NCBI GenBank assembly: GCA_965262115.1
Contig: OZ253496.1
Location: 1,504,001 to 1,568,000 of the forward strand
DNA from: Nitrospinales bacterium
GTDB taxonomy: Bacteria > Nitrospinota > Nitrospinia > Nitrospinales > VA-1
Direction of reading: 5' to 3'
Length of the DNA: 64,000 nt
The translations under genes were made by a program, and so were the position numbers. Under the pieces are notes generated by a model, which had not been told where the DNA came from, searched no databases, and saw only the letters and a program-made list of their open reading frames with translations. Every line of letters begins with the position of its first letter. The stretch's first letter is position 1. Shown here piece by piece: positions 21,480 to 31,815 of the stretch.

Positions 21480-21774
21480 GTCATCGCGAGCGACTGCAAG
21501 GGGCGCGGCGATCCAGTCTTTCCGCTTCGGGGCATGAAGGCAAATGAAGAATTTCACACAGTTGCTCGCGATGACAACCCCTTGTTGTAAATCACCCCAG
21601 CCCCTTGTGATATCACCTTCCATAAACTTCATGCCCGGTACGGGTACTTTGAAAAAGAGGGAGCACCCCATCAAGCCGAGAAAAACGATTGCTAGCAGTA
21701 AAACGCTATTGCATTTGTACCCCTCCGGGGCACGAAAACTGAGGAAGAATATCACGGCCCCAGCGTCACGCTGG
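21480..21774. repeat. Composite repeat cluster: family C, CCCTCTTT hairpin and partial family B, each carrying a family A unit (21520-21558, 21606-21646, 21718-21756)
   Basis: Direct comparison with copies at 10.3, 39.5, 43.4 and 53.4 kb. Confidence 0.85.
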
Positions 21775-21791
21775 GTGGTATAATTCGCGCT

Positions 21792-23174
21792 ATGCGTTAT
21801 GACACGATTGTAATAGGTGCGGGGCTATCGGGATTGGCCGCTGGCATTCGCCTGGCCATGTTTGATAAAAAGGTCTGCATTATTGAAAAGCATGTTGAGT
21901 TGGGCGGACTGAACTCTTTTTATGTGAGAAAAAACCGCACCTTTGATGTGGGACTCCACGCGATGACCAACTTTAGCCCTAAGGGTGTCCGGTCTTCGCC
22001 ATTGGGCAAACTTCTCAAACAACTGCGATTCAGTCATGACGACTTCCGCCTGTGCCAGCAGGAGATGTCGGAGATACGCTTCCCGGAGAAATCCCTTCGC
22101 TTCACCAACGATTTTGAGTTCATGCGCCAGGAAGTGGCGGAACAGTTCCCCGACCAGATAGACGGATTCAACAAGCTGGTGGAAAAAATTCTAGCTTTTG
22201 ACGAGCTGAACCTTAACGATGGCGAATGTCTTTCTTCTCGGCCTGTATTGGAATCATTCATCAGCGACCCGGTGTTGATCGACATGTTATTTTGTCCCTT
22301 AATGTATTACGGCAACGCCCGTGAAGGCGACATGGATTTCTATCAGTTCGTCATTATGTTCAAGAGCATTTTTGTAGAAGGATTCTCCAAGCCGGAAGGA
22401 GGCATGCATTTCATTCTCAACCTCCTGGCTGACAAGTACAAGAAACTGGGCGGTGAGTTGAAGATGGGGTGCGGGGTACAATCCATCAACGCCAGCAAGG
22501 GAACGGTCGCTTCGGTGACGCTGGAAAATGAGGAAGAGTTGGCCACCGCGATAGTGCTTTCTTCCATGGGTTATGTGGAAACGATGAACCGCTGCCAGCC
22601 CGAGCTCGCTGAAGCGGGAAGTTTGGAGACTGGGCAGGTGTCGTTTATGGAATCCCTTTTTGTGGTGGATAAGGAGCCCCGCGACCTGGGTTATGACCGG
22701 AGCATTGTCTTTTTTTCCACTCAGCCAAAGTTCACGTACAAGGTACCGGAGGATTTGATCGACATTTCCAGCGGTGTGTTGTGTTGCAGTAATAATTTCA
22801 AATATCCTAAACCTCTTAAAGAAGGGTTGATTCGGCTGACCAACCTGGCTAGTTTCGGGAAATGGGACAGTCTGGTGAGAAAAGACTATATCGCCGCCAA
22901 AAAGCAGTGTAGAGGCCGGGCTTTGCAGGAGTTATTCACATTTTTCCCCGATTTTAGCGATAATGTGGTATTTTTAGACTCGTTTACGCCTAAGACCATA
23001 AAGAAATATACAGACCATATTAACGGGGCTGTCTATGGATCGCCGGAGAAGATTAAGAACGGAAAAACCCCTGTCAAAAACCTGTATATATGCGGGACAG
23101 ATCAGGGGTTTTTAGGTATTGTTGGGGCCACATTGAGTGGAATATCCATGGCCAACCTGCATCTTTTACGATAA
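21792..23174 (+). CDS. Phytoene desaturase (CrtI)-like FAD oxidoreductase 1
   Basis: VIGAGLSGL, E..LGG, FDVGLH, TPKT..YT...GAVYG, C-terminal GIVGATLSG. Confidence 0.88.
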   Translation: MRYDTIVIGAGLSGLAAGIRLAMFDKKVCIIEKHVELGGLNSFYVRKNRTFDVGLHAMTNFSPKGVRSSPLGKLLKQLRFSHDDFRLCQQEMSEIRFPEKSLRFTNDFEFMRQEVAEQFPDQIDGFNKLVEKILAFDELNLNDGECLSSRPVLESFISDPVLIDMLFCPLMYYGNAREGDMDFYQFVIMFKSIFVEGFSKPEGGMHFILNLLADKYKKLGGELKMGCGVQSINASKGTVASVTLENEEELATAIVLSSMGYVETMNRCQPELAEAGSLETGQVSFMESLFVVDKEPRDLGYDRSIVFFSTQPKFTYKVPEDLIDISSGVLCCSNNFKYPKPLKEGLIRLTNLASFGKWDSLVRKDYIAAKKQCRGRALQELFTFFPDFSDNVVFLDSFTPKTIKKYTDHINGAVYGSPEKIKNGKTPVKNLYICGTDQGFLGIVGATLSGISMANLHLLR

Positions 23175-23186
23175 ACAATCACATCA

Positions 23187-24635
23187 ATGAATAAACCCAA
23201 GAGAGACTGGTTGAAGGGTGTTTTGTCGGCTTACGATACGGTCGTCATTGGGAGCGGTCTGGCGGGAATGACGTCGGCCAATCTTCTGGCCAAGCTGGGA
23301 CACAAGGTTTTGCTGGCCGAGCATCATTATAATATGGGGGGCATGGCCACCTGGTTCAAACGCAAGGGCGGGCATATTATGGATATCTCCCTGCACGGGT
23401 TCCCCCGTGGGATGATTAAGACCCTCAGAAAATACTGGACCCAGGACATCTCGAACCGGGTCATCCAGCTCAAAAATATTCGTTTCGACAACCCGCAGTT
23501 TTCTCTCAATACCTCTTTCGACAAAATAGATTTCACCCATATTCTGCGTGAGCGTTTCTGTATCCTGAAAGAAGTGATCGACGAGTTCTTTTTGACCGTC
23601 CGCGACATGAATTTTTATGACGAAGTGGTCATGACCACCCGCGAGCTTTTTGAAAAATATTTTCCCGGCCGCACTGATGTCTGGCGTTTTCTCATGGAGC
23701 CGATCACCTATGCCAATGGTTCCACCCTTGATGATCCGGCAATCACTTACGGCATTGTGTTTTCCAACTTTATGGACAAGGGAGTTTTTACCTACCAGGG
23801 CGGCACCGATCACCTGATTAAGGAAATGAAGAAGGAGCTGTTGAAAAACGGCGTAGACATTCGCACGCACTGCATGGTCGAAAAAATTTATGTGGAGGAT
23901 AAAACCGTACAGGGGGTTCGCATCAATGGTCAGGATATCCAGTGCAAGTCGGTGCTTTCCAATTCCAACCTGTTGACCACCATCCAACAGCTGACCGGCG
24001 AGGAACATTTTGATGCTGAATTTATCAAAGAGGTCAAAAAAGTTAGGCTCAATAATTCCAGTTGCCAGGTTTATATGGGAATTAAAACAGGCGAAACAGT
24101 GCCGAATGTAGGCGATCTGTTGTTCTCGTCCGTGGCCGATGAATACTGCACAGATCAAATATTGAGTAAAGATGTTACCAGCCGCACGTTTTCATTTTAT
24201 TACCCGGAAATCCGCCCCGGTACCAATCGTTACTCCATCGTTTCTTCGACCAACGCCCGCTATCAGGACTGGGCCAACCTGAGTGAATCCCAATACAAAA
24301 AAGATAAGCACGATCTGGAGCAAACGACTCTCGACGCGCTGGAAAAATATGTTCCGGGCATAAGCAAAAAAGTGGACCATGTGGAAGCCTCAACCCCGAA
24401 AACTTTCAAGCGTTATACCCTGCACCCCTCGGGCACCTCGTTTGGAACCAAGTTTGAAGGACTCAAAATAAGCCGGGATCTTCCTAAACAGATCAATGGG
24501 CTGTTCCATGCCGGCTCGGTGGGGATCATCATGTCAGGTTGGCTGGGAGCGGCGAACTATGGGGTCATTGTCGCCAACGAAACCGACAAATTCCTCCGCC
24601 AGCTGAGCCCGAGCCTGGTGACGACATCGGCCTGA
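23187..24635 (+). CDS. Phytoene desaturase (CrtI)-like FAD oxidoreductase 2
   Basis: [24 protein letters not shown]...G.SFG, GLFHAGS. Confidence 0.88.
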   Translation: MNKPKRDWLKGVLSAYDTVVIGSGLAGMTSANLLAKLGHKVLLAEHHYNMGGMATWFKRKGGHIMDISLHGFPRGMIKTLRKYWTQDISNRVIQLKNIRFDNPQFSLNTSFDKIDFTHILRERFCILKEVIDEFFLTVRDMNFYDEVVMTTRELFEKYFPGRTDVWRFLMEPITYANGSTLDDPAITYGIVFSNFMDKGVFTYQGGTDHLIKEMKKELLKNGVDIRTHCMVEKIYVEDKTVQGVRINGQDIQCKSVLSNSNLLTTIQQLTGEEHFDAEFIKEVKKVRLNNSSCQVYMGIKTGETVPNVGDLLFSSVADEYCTDQILSKDVTSRTFSFYYPEIRPGTNRYSIVSSTNARYQDWANLSESQYKKDKHDLEQTTLDALEKYVPGISKKVDHVEASTPKTFKRYTLHPSGTSFGTKFEGLKISRDLPKQINGLFHAGSVGIIMSGWLGAANYGVIVANETDKFLRQLSPSLVTTSA

Positions 24636-24758
24636 ACACCTTTCTTCCCACTTGTCTTGCGGATCATACCTTGAGAAAATACATGATAACTATTGTTAAA
24701 GGGGCAAAAGCACCTGCTAGTTTAATGGGTATTGACCTATTGGCCCCACGCCGAGTGG

Positions 24759-25502
24759 ATGGAATTTGACTTTAAAGGACAAACAGCTTTGGTCACTGGC
24801 GGTACTCGCGGCATAGGCCGGGCTATCTCCGAGGCGTTTCTTAAAACCGGAGCGAAAGTCATCGCCGCTTATCGGGGCAACGATGAGGAGGCGGAGAACT
24901 TTAAACGCGCCAATGCCGGTCACGTCGGCTGTCTCGACATTCATAAATTCGATGTCACCGATTATGAAGCAGTGGAAAAGTTTTATAGAGATATTGAAGC
25001 GAAATATGAAAACTTTCAGATCCTCGTTGTTAGTTCGGGCATTCGATCTGATTCCATTGTTGGCATGATGAAAGCAGAAGACTGGAACCGTGTCATCGAC
25101 ACCAATCTGACGGGAACGTTCAATTTATGCAAGTTGGCGGTGCAGGCAATGATGCGCCAGAGGTATGGGCGGATCATCACTTTAACGTCTCCTATTGGCA
25201 AGTTAGGGTTTGCCGGTCAGGCCAATTACGCTGCATCAAAAGCTGGACAGGTGGCATTCACACGATCCCTTTCCAAGGAAGTGGCGAGCCGGGAAATAAC
25301 CGTGAATTGTGTATCGCCAGGCTTCATTGATACGGATTTCATTGGCGATCTGCCGGAAGAGCAAAGAAAATCCTATAAAGACCAGATTCCCCTGAAACGT
25401 TTCGGGACCCCGGAAGATGTTACCTACCCGGTGCTGTTTCTGGCCTCAAAAGAATCTTCTTACATCACGGGTTCGGTGTTAGAGGTAACCGGGGGACTAT
25501 AG
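24759..25502 (+). CDS. 3-oxoacyl-ACP reductase (FabG-like SDR)
   Basis: TGGTRGIG, GQANYAASK, PGFIDTD; NNAG replaced by VSSG. Confidence 0.9.
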   Translation: MEFDFKGQTALVTGGTRGIGRAISEAFLKTGAKVIAAYRGNDEEAENFKRANAGHVGCLDIHKFDVTDYEAVEKFYRDIEAKYENFQILVVSSGIRSDSIVGMMKAEDWNRVIDTNLTGTFNLCKLAVQAMMRQRYGRIITLTSPIGKLGFAGQANYAASKAGQVAFTRSLSKEVASREITVNCVSPGFIDTDFIGDLPEEQRKSYKDQIPLKRFGTPEDVTYPVLFLASKESSYITGSVLEVTGGL

Positions 25503-25503
25503 A

Positions 25504-25929
25504 ATGCCACAGGACTTTCTCCAATACATTCCCCATCGTCCCCCTTTCCTATTTGTCGATCGGGTGCTTGAAGAAAGTGACGACACCATTAAGACGGAAA
25601 AAAAGATCGACCCGAAAGAACCTTTTTTTGAGGGACATTATCCTGGAAGACCGATCATGCCGGGAGTATTGATCTTTGAATCTATTTTTCAGTCCGGTGC
25701 AATCATGATGGGCAAACGCATCGCCAAGGAAGGCAGGATTCCTGTTCTCACCCGGGTCAACAACATCAAACTCAAGCACGCCGTCCATCCCGGAGACACC
25801 ATGCAGATTGAGGTGACCCTCAAAGACCTGGTCAGTAGCGCCGCCTATATGACGGGGAAAGCCAGCGTCAACGGTAAAATCGCAGTCACCCTGGAGTTCT
25901 CCGCCATGCTGGTTGAGGAGACGCAATGA
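25504..25929 (+). CDS. 3-hydroxyacyl-ACP dehydratase (FabZ-like)
   Basis: [27 protein letters not shown]. Confidence 0.92.
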   Translation: MPQDFLQYIPHRPPFLFVDRVLEESDDTIKTEKKIDPKEPFFEGHYPGRPIMPGVLIFESIFQSGAIMMGKRIAKEGRIPVLTRVNNIKLKHAVHPGDTMQIEVTLKDLVSSAAYMTGKASVNGKIAVTLEFSAMLVEETQ

Positions 25930-26729
25930 GTTTTTTGGATCTGGAAGATAAAAGCATCTTAGTGACCGGAGTGGCAAACAAGAAAAGTGTTGCCTGGCAT
26001 ATTGCGAAGACGCTGGAAGAAGAAGGCGCAAAGGTCATTTACAGCGTCCGCTCCGAAGACCGCAAAAAATCACTGGAAAAACTTCTGGCAGGTAAAACCG
26101 TTGTCATTTGTGATGTGGAAAAAGAGGAAGAGGTTGAACGTTTAAAGACTCAGGTTGCTGAACACTGTAAGGTTCTGCACGGACTCGTCCACTCGATAGC
26201 TTTTGCCAATTATTCAGAGGGCTGGAAACCGTTTCATGAAACGCCGAAAAAGGATTTTCTTCAGTCCATCGATATCAGTTGTTATTCCCTGATCCATCTA
26301 GCCAACGTTTTTAAGGACTTGTTTCACCAGCAAGCTTCTGTGGTCACGGTATCGATTTCGACTACGCGAATGGCGGCGGAAAATTATGGCTATATGGCTC
26401 CGGCTAAGGCGGCGCTTGATTCCACCCTCTGTTTCCTGGCAAAATCGTTCAGCGCTTTTTCTAAAGTTCGGTTCAACTCCATCAATCCCGGCCTGCTCAA
26501 GACATCGGCGTCAGCGGGCATCCCCGGTTATGTCGACTCCTACCTGCATGCCGAAAAAGCAACATTGAGGAAAAAGGCCCTGACCACCCAGGAGGCGGCC
26601 AATGCCGCAGTATTTTTATTGAGCGAACGCGCCAGCGGGATCAATGCTCAGGGCCTGGTTCTCGATGCTGGAATGTCCATCAACTATTTTGATCAGGAAT
26701 TGATTAAATCCACTCCCACCTCTTCGTGA
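25926..26729 (+). CDS. Enoyl-ACP reductase (FabI-like)
   Basis: [33 protein letters not shown]. Confidence 0.9.
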   Translation: MSFLDLEDKSILVTGVANKKSVAWHIAKTLEEEGAKVIYSVRSEDRKKSLEKLLAGKTVVICDVEKEEEVERLKTQVAEHCKVLHGLVHSIAFANYSEGWKPFHETPKKDFLQSIDISCYSLIHLANVFKDLFHQQASVVTVSISTTRMAAENYGYMAPAKAALDSTLCFLAKSFSAFSKVRFNSINPGLLKTSASAGIPGYVDSYLHAEKATLRKKALTTQEAANAAVFLLSERASGINAQGLVLDAGMSINYFDQELIKSTPTSS

Positions 26730-26834
26730 CATTCATGCCCTGAAGGAATATGTGATATTCAACCATCTTATATGGATATCATCTCCATAATGTGATAGTA
26801 TAGTCTGAAACTCATTAAAGGTAAATAATTCTTT

Positions 26835-28181
26835 ATGAATAGCTTTTTCGCTGATTTTGCCCAATTGATGTGGGGACCTTGGCTTCTTGCGCTTTTGTTG
26901 GGTACCGGTTTCTGGTTGACGATTCGGCTTCGGGGAATTCAATTCCGCAGTCTTTTCTATGCTCTCCGTTTGACATTCTCGAAGGAGCGGCAAGGACAAG
27001 GCGATATCTCTCACTTTGGCTCTTTGATGACAGCCTTGGCCGCGACGGTCGGCACTGGTAATATAGCCGGGGTCGGCACGGCAGTTGCCTTGGGCGGACC
27101 TGGTGCCATCTTCTGGATGTGGGTCACGGGCCTGGTGGGCATGGCGACCAAATACAGCGAATGTTTTCTGGCTGTTAAATTTCGCCGGGTCAATGATAAA
27201 GGCGAAATATCCGGCGGGCCGATGTATTACCTTGAAGAGGGTCTGAAAAGAAAATGGCTGGCAATGTGTTTTGCCGTATTCGGCGCTTGCGCGGCTTTCG
27301 GTATCGGCAATATGGTGCAGGCCAATACTACCGCTATCGCGGTGGAGGGCTCCATCGGGGCCAGTAAAATGGTTATAGGCGCGCTCCTCGCGTTTTTAAC
27401 CGGGCTGGTGGTGATCGGAGGACTCAAACGAATCGCCGAAGTCGCTTCTTATCTGGTTCCATTCATGGTTGCGATTTATTTTTCCGGCGCCTTGATCGTT
27501 ATTTTCAATCACCTGGACCAACTGGGTTCAGGAATGAGGCTGGTGTTTGAGCATGCTTTTACAGGAACTGCCGCGACTGGGGGATTTGTGGGAGCCTCTG
27601 TAGCGAATTGCATTCGCTACGGCGTGGCACGCGGAATTTTTTCCAACGAATCCGGCATGGGGAGTGCGCCCATCGTTGCCGCCGCCGCAAGAACCAATCA
27701 TCCCGGCAAACAGGCCCTAGTTTCCATGACCGGAACTTTTATCGACACCTTGATCGTTTGCTCCATCACCGCGATCGCGATCAGTTCTACCGGGGTGTGG
27801 ACCTCGGGTGCAACCGGCGTGGCATTGACCGTTCAGGCTTTTACTGCGGGGCTTCCCGTGTGGGGAGAACCTCTGGTTGCTCTGGGTACCATTACCTTCG
27901 CTTTTTCCAGCATTCTTGCCTGGGAATATTATGGTGAAAAGTGCTTTGAATATATTTTTGGGGAGAAATATATCCCCTTATATCGTTATGCCTGGGTGAT
28001 TTTTGTGTTTGTCGGTGCCCAAATCGAACTGGAGTTGGTTTGGAATCTTTCAGACGCGATGAACGCCTTGATGGCAGTACCCAACCTGATTGGGCTCATC
28101 TTTTTAAGCGGGGTTCTGTCCCGTGAGACTAAAGCTTACGAAACGGGAATCTGTGATGGTTCCATTAGTAAATTCGACTGA
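26835..28181 (+). CDS. Alanine/glycine:cation symporter (AGCS family)
   Basis: LAATVGTGNIAGV, GGPGAIFWMW, GGPMYY, FSNESGMGS. Confidence 0.95.
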   Translation: MNSFFADFAQLMWGPWLLALLLGTGFWLTIRLRGIQFRSLFYALRLTFSKERQGQGDISHFGSLMTALAATVGTGNIAGVGTAVALGGPGAIFWMWVTGLVGMATKYSECFLAVKFRRVNDKGEISGGPMYYLEEGLKRKWLAMCFAVFGACAAFGIGNMVQANTTAIAVEGSIGASKMVIGALLAFLTGLVVIGGLKRIAEVASYLVPFMVAIYFSGALIVIFNHLDQLGSGMRLVFEHAFTGTAATGGFVGASVANCIRYGVARGIFSNESGMGSAPIVAAAARTNHPGKQALVSMTGTFIDTLIVCSITAIAISSTGVWTSGATGVALTVQAFTAGLPVWGEPLVALGTITFAFSSILAWEYYGEKCFEYIFGEKYIPLYRYAWVIFVFVGAQIELELVWNLSDAMNALMAVPNLIGLIFLSGVLSRETKAYETGICDGSISKFD

Positions 28182-28206
28182 TGAAAAACACCTGGGAGTC
28201 CTGATC

Positions 28207-29610
28207 ATGTATAAAGCCTGTCTGAAGCTTCACTACTTCTTCTTCCTGATTTTTATCACTGTTGTCAGCCCGGCAGATCAAGCCTATGGCGAGATAGAAT
28301 TGAATCTCTTTACCAATACATTCGATAAGTTTTCTGTGGACGGCCAGTTTCATGTATTTTTTCGACACGATAGTAATCCCTCTTTTGGGGTACCTGCGGA
28401 CACAAGGGGACGGGCAGAAACGACTTTTGGGGAAACAGTGGCCAAGCTGGGTTTCACGTTTGAGAAAAAAATGCCATGGACGGTTTTGGAAGGCCGTGTC
28501 AGCGGGGTATTAATGTCCACCATCAATGCGGATGTATATGGAATTGCAGATGACGAAAGCCAGGGCGATCTGAATGAAGGCTTTTTGATCCTCAAAAAAA
28601 TCAATCAATCCCCTATAGACATCAAGGTCGGCCGCCAGAATATCTTCATTGAAAAATCCTTTATTTCAGGAGACGCGAATCCCGAAGACGCGGCGATATG
28701 GATTTCCGCGCATAAAAGTTTTCCCTTTGCCGTAAGAGTAGATGGAGATTTCGGAAAGTTAAAAACCCTTGCTTTCTGGGCCGATACTGAGCTTTACTCG
28801 CAACAGGGTGATCAGCGAGAGGCGGGAAAAAGAGGAAAGGAGGGTGTCTCCTTTGCGGGAATAAATATACATTACGACTTTTCAGAAACCGCCTATTTAT
28901 ATGGGGGATATTACAGAAAAATAGATGAGAGCAATATTACCTTTGCCAACTTTTCCCCCGGCGGACAAGACCTGTTCTCTGAAAATAACACTAATGCGTT
29001 TGATATAGGGTTTGACACTGCGGTTGGGTCTTTTCATTTTGCTGGAGAATTTGTTTACCAAACGGGAGATGCCGGACGCCTCGGTGGCCAGGAATTAAGC
29101 CGGGACGCCCATGCCGGTTTTGCCCAAGCTCGGTATAATTTCAACCACTCCGCAAACCCTTACCTGAAATTCATGTACGTGTTTTTTTCCGGGGATTCAG
29201 ACCTTGAGGACGATGAAGCGGAAGATTATGACCCCATGTTTATCACCAGCAGGGTTTGGAATGAATGGTTGATCGGGCAGCATGTTGGTGAGGTTCAACT
29301 TGCCAATACGAACAAGTATGCTTTCATTGTGGAAACCGGCTTTTCGCCAATGCCGAGAATGCAAATGGCTTTTATGTTTTTAAAGCATTATTTGGATGAG
29401 CGGTACCTTGGAGTCTCAAGAGGAAGACAAGCCCTGAACAGCGATGATTACGCGGATGAATGGAATTTGCTGATCGACTACGAAGTCAATAACCATGTAT
29501 TTGCCCATGTTGGGGCTGGCTATGTAATTCCGGGAAAAGCGGCGGAAGAATTTTTTGGCAACGGCAACAATAATTTTTTCACCCAAGTGTGGTTAAAGTT
29601 CCATTTTTAA
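28207..29610 (+). CDS. Outer-membrane beta-barrel protein (alginate-export/porin-like)
   Basis: Signal peptide, KVGRQ, GEFVYQTG, SGD motifs; C-terminal WLKFHF; start uncertain. Confidence 0.75.
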   Translation: MYKACLKLHYFFFLIFITVVSPADQAYGEIELNLFTNTFDKFSVDGQFHVFFRHDSNPSFGVPADTRGRAETTFGETVAKLGFTFEKKMPWTVLEGRVSGVLMSTINADVYGIADDESQGDLNEGFLILKKINQSPIDIKVGRQNIFIEKSFISGDANPEDAAIWISAHKSFPFAVRVDGDFGKLKTLAFWADTELYSQQGDQREAGKRGKEGVSFAGINIHYDFSETAYLYGGYYRKIDESNITFANFSPGGQDLFSENNTNAFDIGFDTAVGSFHFAGEFVYQTGDAGRLGGQELSRDAHAGFAQARYNFNHSANPYLKFMYVFFSGDSDLEDDEAEDYDPMFITSRVWNEWLIGQHVGEVQLANTNKYAFIVETGFSPMPRMQMAFMFLKHYLDERYLGVSRGRQALNSDDYADEWNLLIDYEVNNHVFAHVGAGYVIPGKAAEEFFGNGNNNFFTQVWLKFHF

Positions 29611-29676
29611 AAGTTCACAAACATTGGATGGCAGGAAACGCGATAGACTCCTTCCGGGCTGCCGATGGCTCGCTGG

Positions 29677-29710
29677 TCAGAATTGTTTGAGGAAGCGCAG
29701 GTCGTTTTCA
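29677..29710 (-). repeat. Duplicate of the pheS 3' end
   Basis: 33/34 identity with 30295-30328. Confidence 0.92.
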
Positions 29711-29788
29711 GAATCCGCAACCGACCTTCAGGTTCTCATAACCTTTGGCCCTTAAGTTGAAAAATTAGACCTTAATTATCACTGGTGT

Positions 29789-29990
29789 TTAGTTCTGAAA
29801 CATATTTAAATATTGTGAACAGGCAAAAACCCGATTTCTTTTTCCCCCGGTTATTTCTTCCAAAATTCCTTCTGCTAAAAATTGATTTAATAATGAAATA
29901 GCAGACTTAGCGGTGCAACTTAGATGTTTTTTGACCATATTGCTATTGAGGGTATGGGCAATCAAATATGTATTCATGCAAAATCTCCGC
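29789..29990 (-). pseudogene. C-terminal remnant of a Fic-family protein (wHTH tail)
   Basis: GILEEITGGKRNRVF..SQYL resembles Fic C-termini; no Fic core left. Confidence 0.6.
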
Positions 29991-30037
29991 TGCTTTACTT
30001 TTGTAAAATACCATGAAGTTCTAGGTAGAATATTAGC

Positions 30038-30080
30038 ACACCTTCCCATATTTACCATTTTGGTAAATATGGGAAGGTGT
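30038..30080. repeat. Perfect 20-bp inverted repeat with 3-nt loop
   Basis: ACACCTTCCCATATTTACCA-TTT-TGGTAAATATGGGAAGGTGT. Confidence 0.92.
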
Positions 30081-30294
30081 TTGAAGCTATATTGTAAAGC
30101 CGGGGAATACAGTGAAGTATTTATAAAATAAGGAATTTTTTAATACAATATGTTGTGGTCGCTATTCAAAGCTATTCAATATATAGGCTGTGGAATGCAT
30201 TAACAGGGTTGAAGATAAGAAGATGGAGTGGAAAAAAATTATTTTAAAGAACGATACCCTCATCTTTCCCACCAGTGCCCCCCATGCTAGTGGA

Positions 30295-31317
30295 TCAGAA
30301 TTGTTTGAGAAAGCGCAGGTCGTTTTCAAAAAACAGGCGGATATCGTTGATACCGTATTTCAGCATGGCGATGCGTTCGATACCAAGTCCAAACGCAAAC
30401 CCGGTCCATTTTTCTGAATCGTAGTCGACGCATTTTAATACTGCCGGGTCGACCATTCCACAGCCGAGAATTTCCAGCCACCCGGTTTGCGAACAAACCT
30501 GGCACCCCTTGCCACCGCAAATCACGCATTGAATATCAACTTCCGCGCTGGGACAGGTGAAGGGGAAGAAACTGGGGCGGAACCGGACTTTTGTATCTTT
30601 ACCGAATACTTCCTGGAGGAAAATATTCATAATGCCTTTGAGGTGGCTGAAAGAAACATTTTCATCCACCATAAGTCCTTCGATTTGATGGAACATCGGT
30701 GTGTGAGAAACATCGGAATCGCAACGGTAAACTTTTCCCGGCGCGATAATACGCAATGGTGGTTCACGGTTTTCCATCACATGAATCTGTACCGGTGAAG
30801 TGTGGGTCCGCAAAACAGTTTCCCCTTCTACGTAAAAGGTGTCCTGCATATCGCGCGCGGGGTGGTCTTTGGGAATGTTTAAGGCTTCGAAATTATAATA
30901 GTCTGTTTCAATTTCGGGTCCCTCTTCGACCTGGAATCCCAGCCCCATAAAAATAGTGGTGATATCCTCCATCACCTGGGTAATAGGGTGCAGGGTTCCG
31001 GTGGTTTCTCTTCGTCCCGGCAAAGTGGTGTCAAAGGTTTCACTTTTAGAAGGCTGGCGATTGGCGGATTTCCCCAGTTCTTCCTGCTTTTCTTCCAGCA
31101 GGTTCTCGACATGCTGCTTGAAGTCATTGATGAGTTTACCCGGCTGCCGTTTCTCATCCGGAGAAGCCTGGCGCAGGTCTTTCATGAGCGCCTGAACGCA
31201 GCCTTTTTTGCCGAGGAAGTCTATACGGAGTTGTTTGAGGGATTCTTGATCTGAAATAGCACTAATGCGAGAGTCGAAATCTTGCTGGTGCTTTTCGATG
31301 AATTTGGTTTCAATCAT
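30295..31317 (-). CDS. pheS: Phenylalanine-tRNA ligase alpha subunit
   Basis: HPARDMQDTF, LRTHTSPVQ, FRPSFFPFT.PS, GFAFGLGIER. Confidence 0.98.
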   Translation of the reverse strand: MIETKFIEKHQQDFDSRISAISDQESLKQLRIDFLGKKGCVQALMKDLRQASPDEKRQPGKLINDFKQHVENLLEEKQEELGKSANRQPSKSETFDTTLPGRRETTGTLHPITQVMEDITTIFMGLGFQVEEGPEIETDYYNFEALNIPKDHPARDMQDTFYVEGETVLRTHTSPVQIHVMENREPPLRIIAPGKVYRCDSDVSHTPMFHQIEGLMVDENVSFSHLKGIMNIFLQEVFGKDTKVRFRPSFFPFTCPSAEVDIQCVICGGKGCQVCSQTGWLEILGCGMVDPAVLKCVDYDSEKWTGFAFGLGIERIAMLKYGINDIRLFFENDLRFLKQF

Positions 31318-31334
31318 TTTTCAGCTAGGGACCC

Positions 31335-31432
31335 CCTGCTCGCCGCAGGAGCAACTTGGCAAAAATTTTTCAAGCCGGGGAAATGGTTGTCCGCTAGAGG
31401 AAGCGATTGCTCGCTGGCCCCGCGCCTAGCGG
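31335..31432 (+). repeat. Family B element between rplT and pheS
   Basis: CCTGCTCGCCGCAGG..TGGCAA..CAAGCCGGGG..GATTGCTCGCTGGCC-CCGCGCCTAGCGG. Confidence 0.8.
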
Positions 31433-31782
31433 AGTTGGGCGCGTGCGGTTTCGGTCAGGGCTTTGAAGGAGTCCTGATTGTGGATGGCCATCTCAGAGAG
31501 AACCTTGCGGTCGAGCTCAATTTCGGCTTTTTTCAGTCCATACATGAACTGGCTGTAGTTCAGGCCTTCGGCCCTGACGGCGGCGTTGATCCGGGCAATC
31601 CAGAGTCGGCGAAACTCGCGCTTGCGGTTTTTCCGATCGCGATAGGCGTAGCACAAACCATGTTCAACAGCTTCCCGGGCTTTGCGGAAAGCGACGCTAC
31701 GAATACTGCGATAGCCTTTGGCTAGTTTTAAGATTTTTTTACGTCGTTTGCGGGATACGGTCCCGTTTACTGCTCGTGGCAT
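31426..31782 (-). CDS. rplT: 50S ribosomal protein L20
   Basis: [31 protein letters not shown]. Confidence 0.98.
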   Translation of the reverse strand: MPRAVNGTVSRKRRKKILKLAKGYRSIRSVAFRKAREAVEHGLCYAYRDRKNRKREFRRLWIARINAAVRAEGLNYSQFMYGLKKAEIELDRKVLSEMAIHNQDSFKALTETARAQLR

Positions 31783-31815
31783 TTTGAAATTCTCCTAGTA
31801 TTCAGATGACCTGTC

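Noticed and set aside
21414..21783. ORFs 21414-21755, 21544-21783, 12696-12947, 39335-39574, 43201-43506
   Set aside because: Translations of repeat DNA; the same pseudo-peptides (PVPGMKF, VKFFICLHAPK) recur at each repeat
16297..24158. Long antisense ORFs (16297-17073, 17930-19039, 23184-24158 and similar)
   Set aside because: Shadows of well-supported genes with no recognisable motifs
19726..26729. Complete ladderane or carotenoid pathway
   Set aside because: No radical SAM or methyltransferase genes and no phytoene synthase in the window
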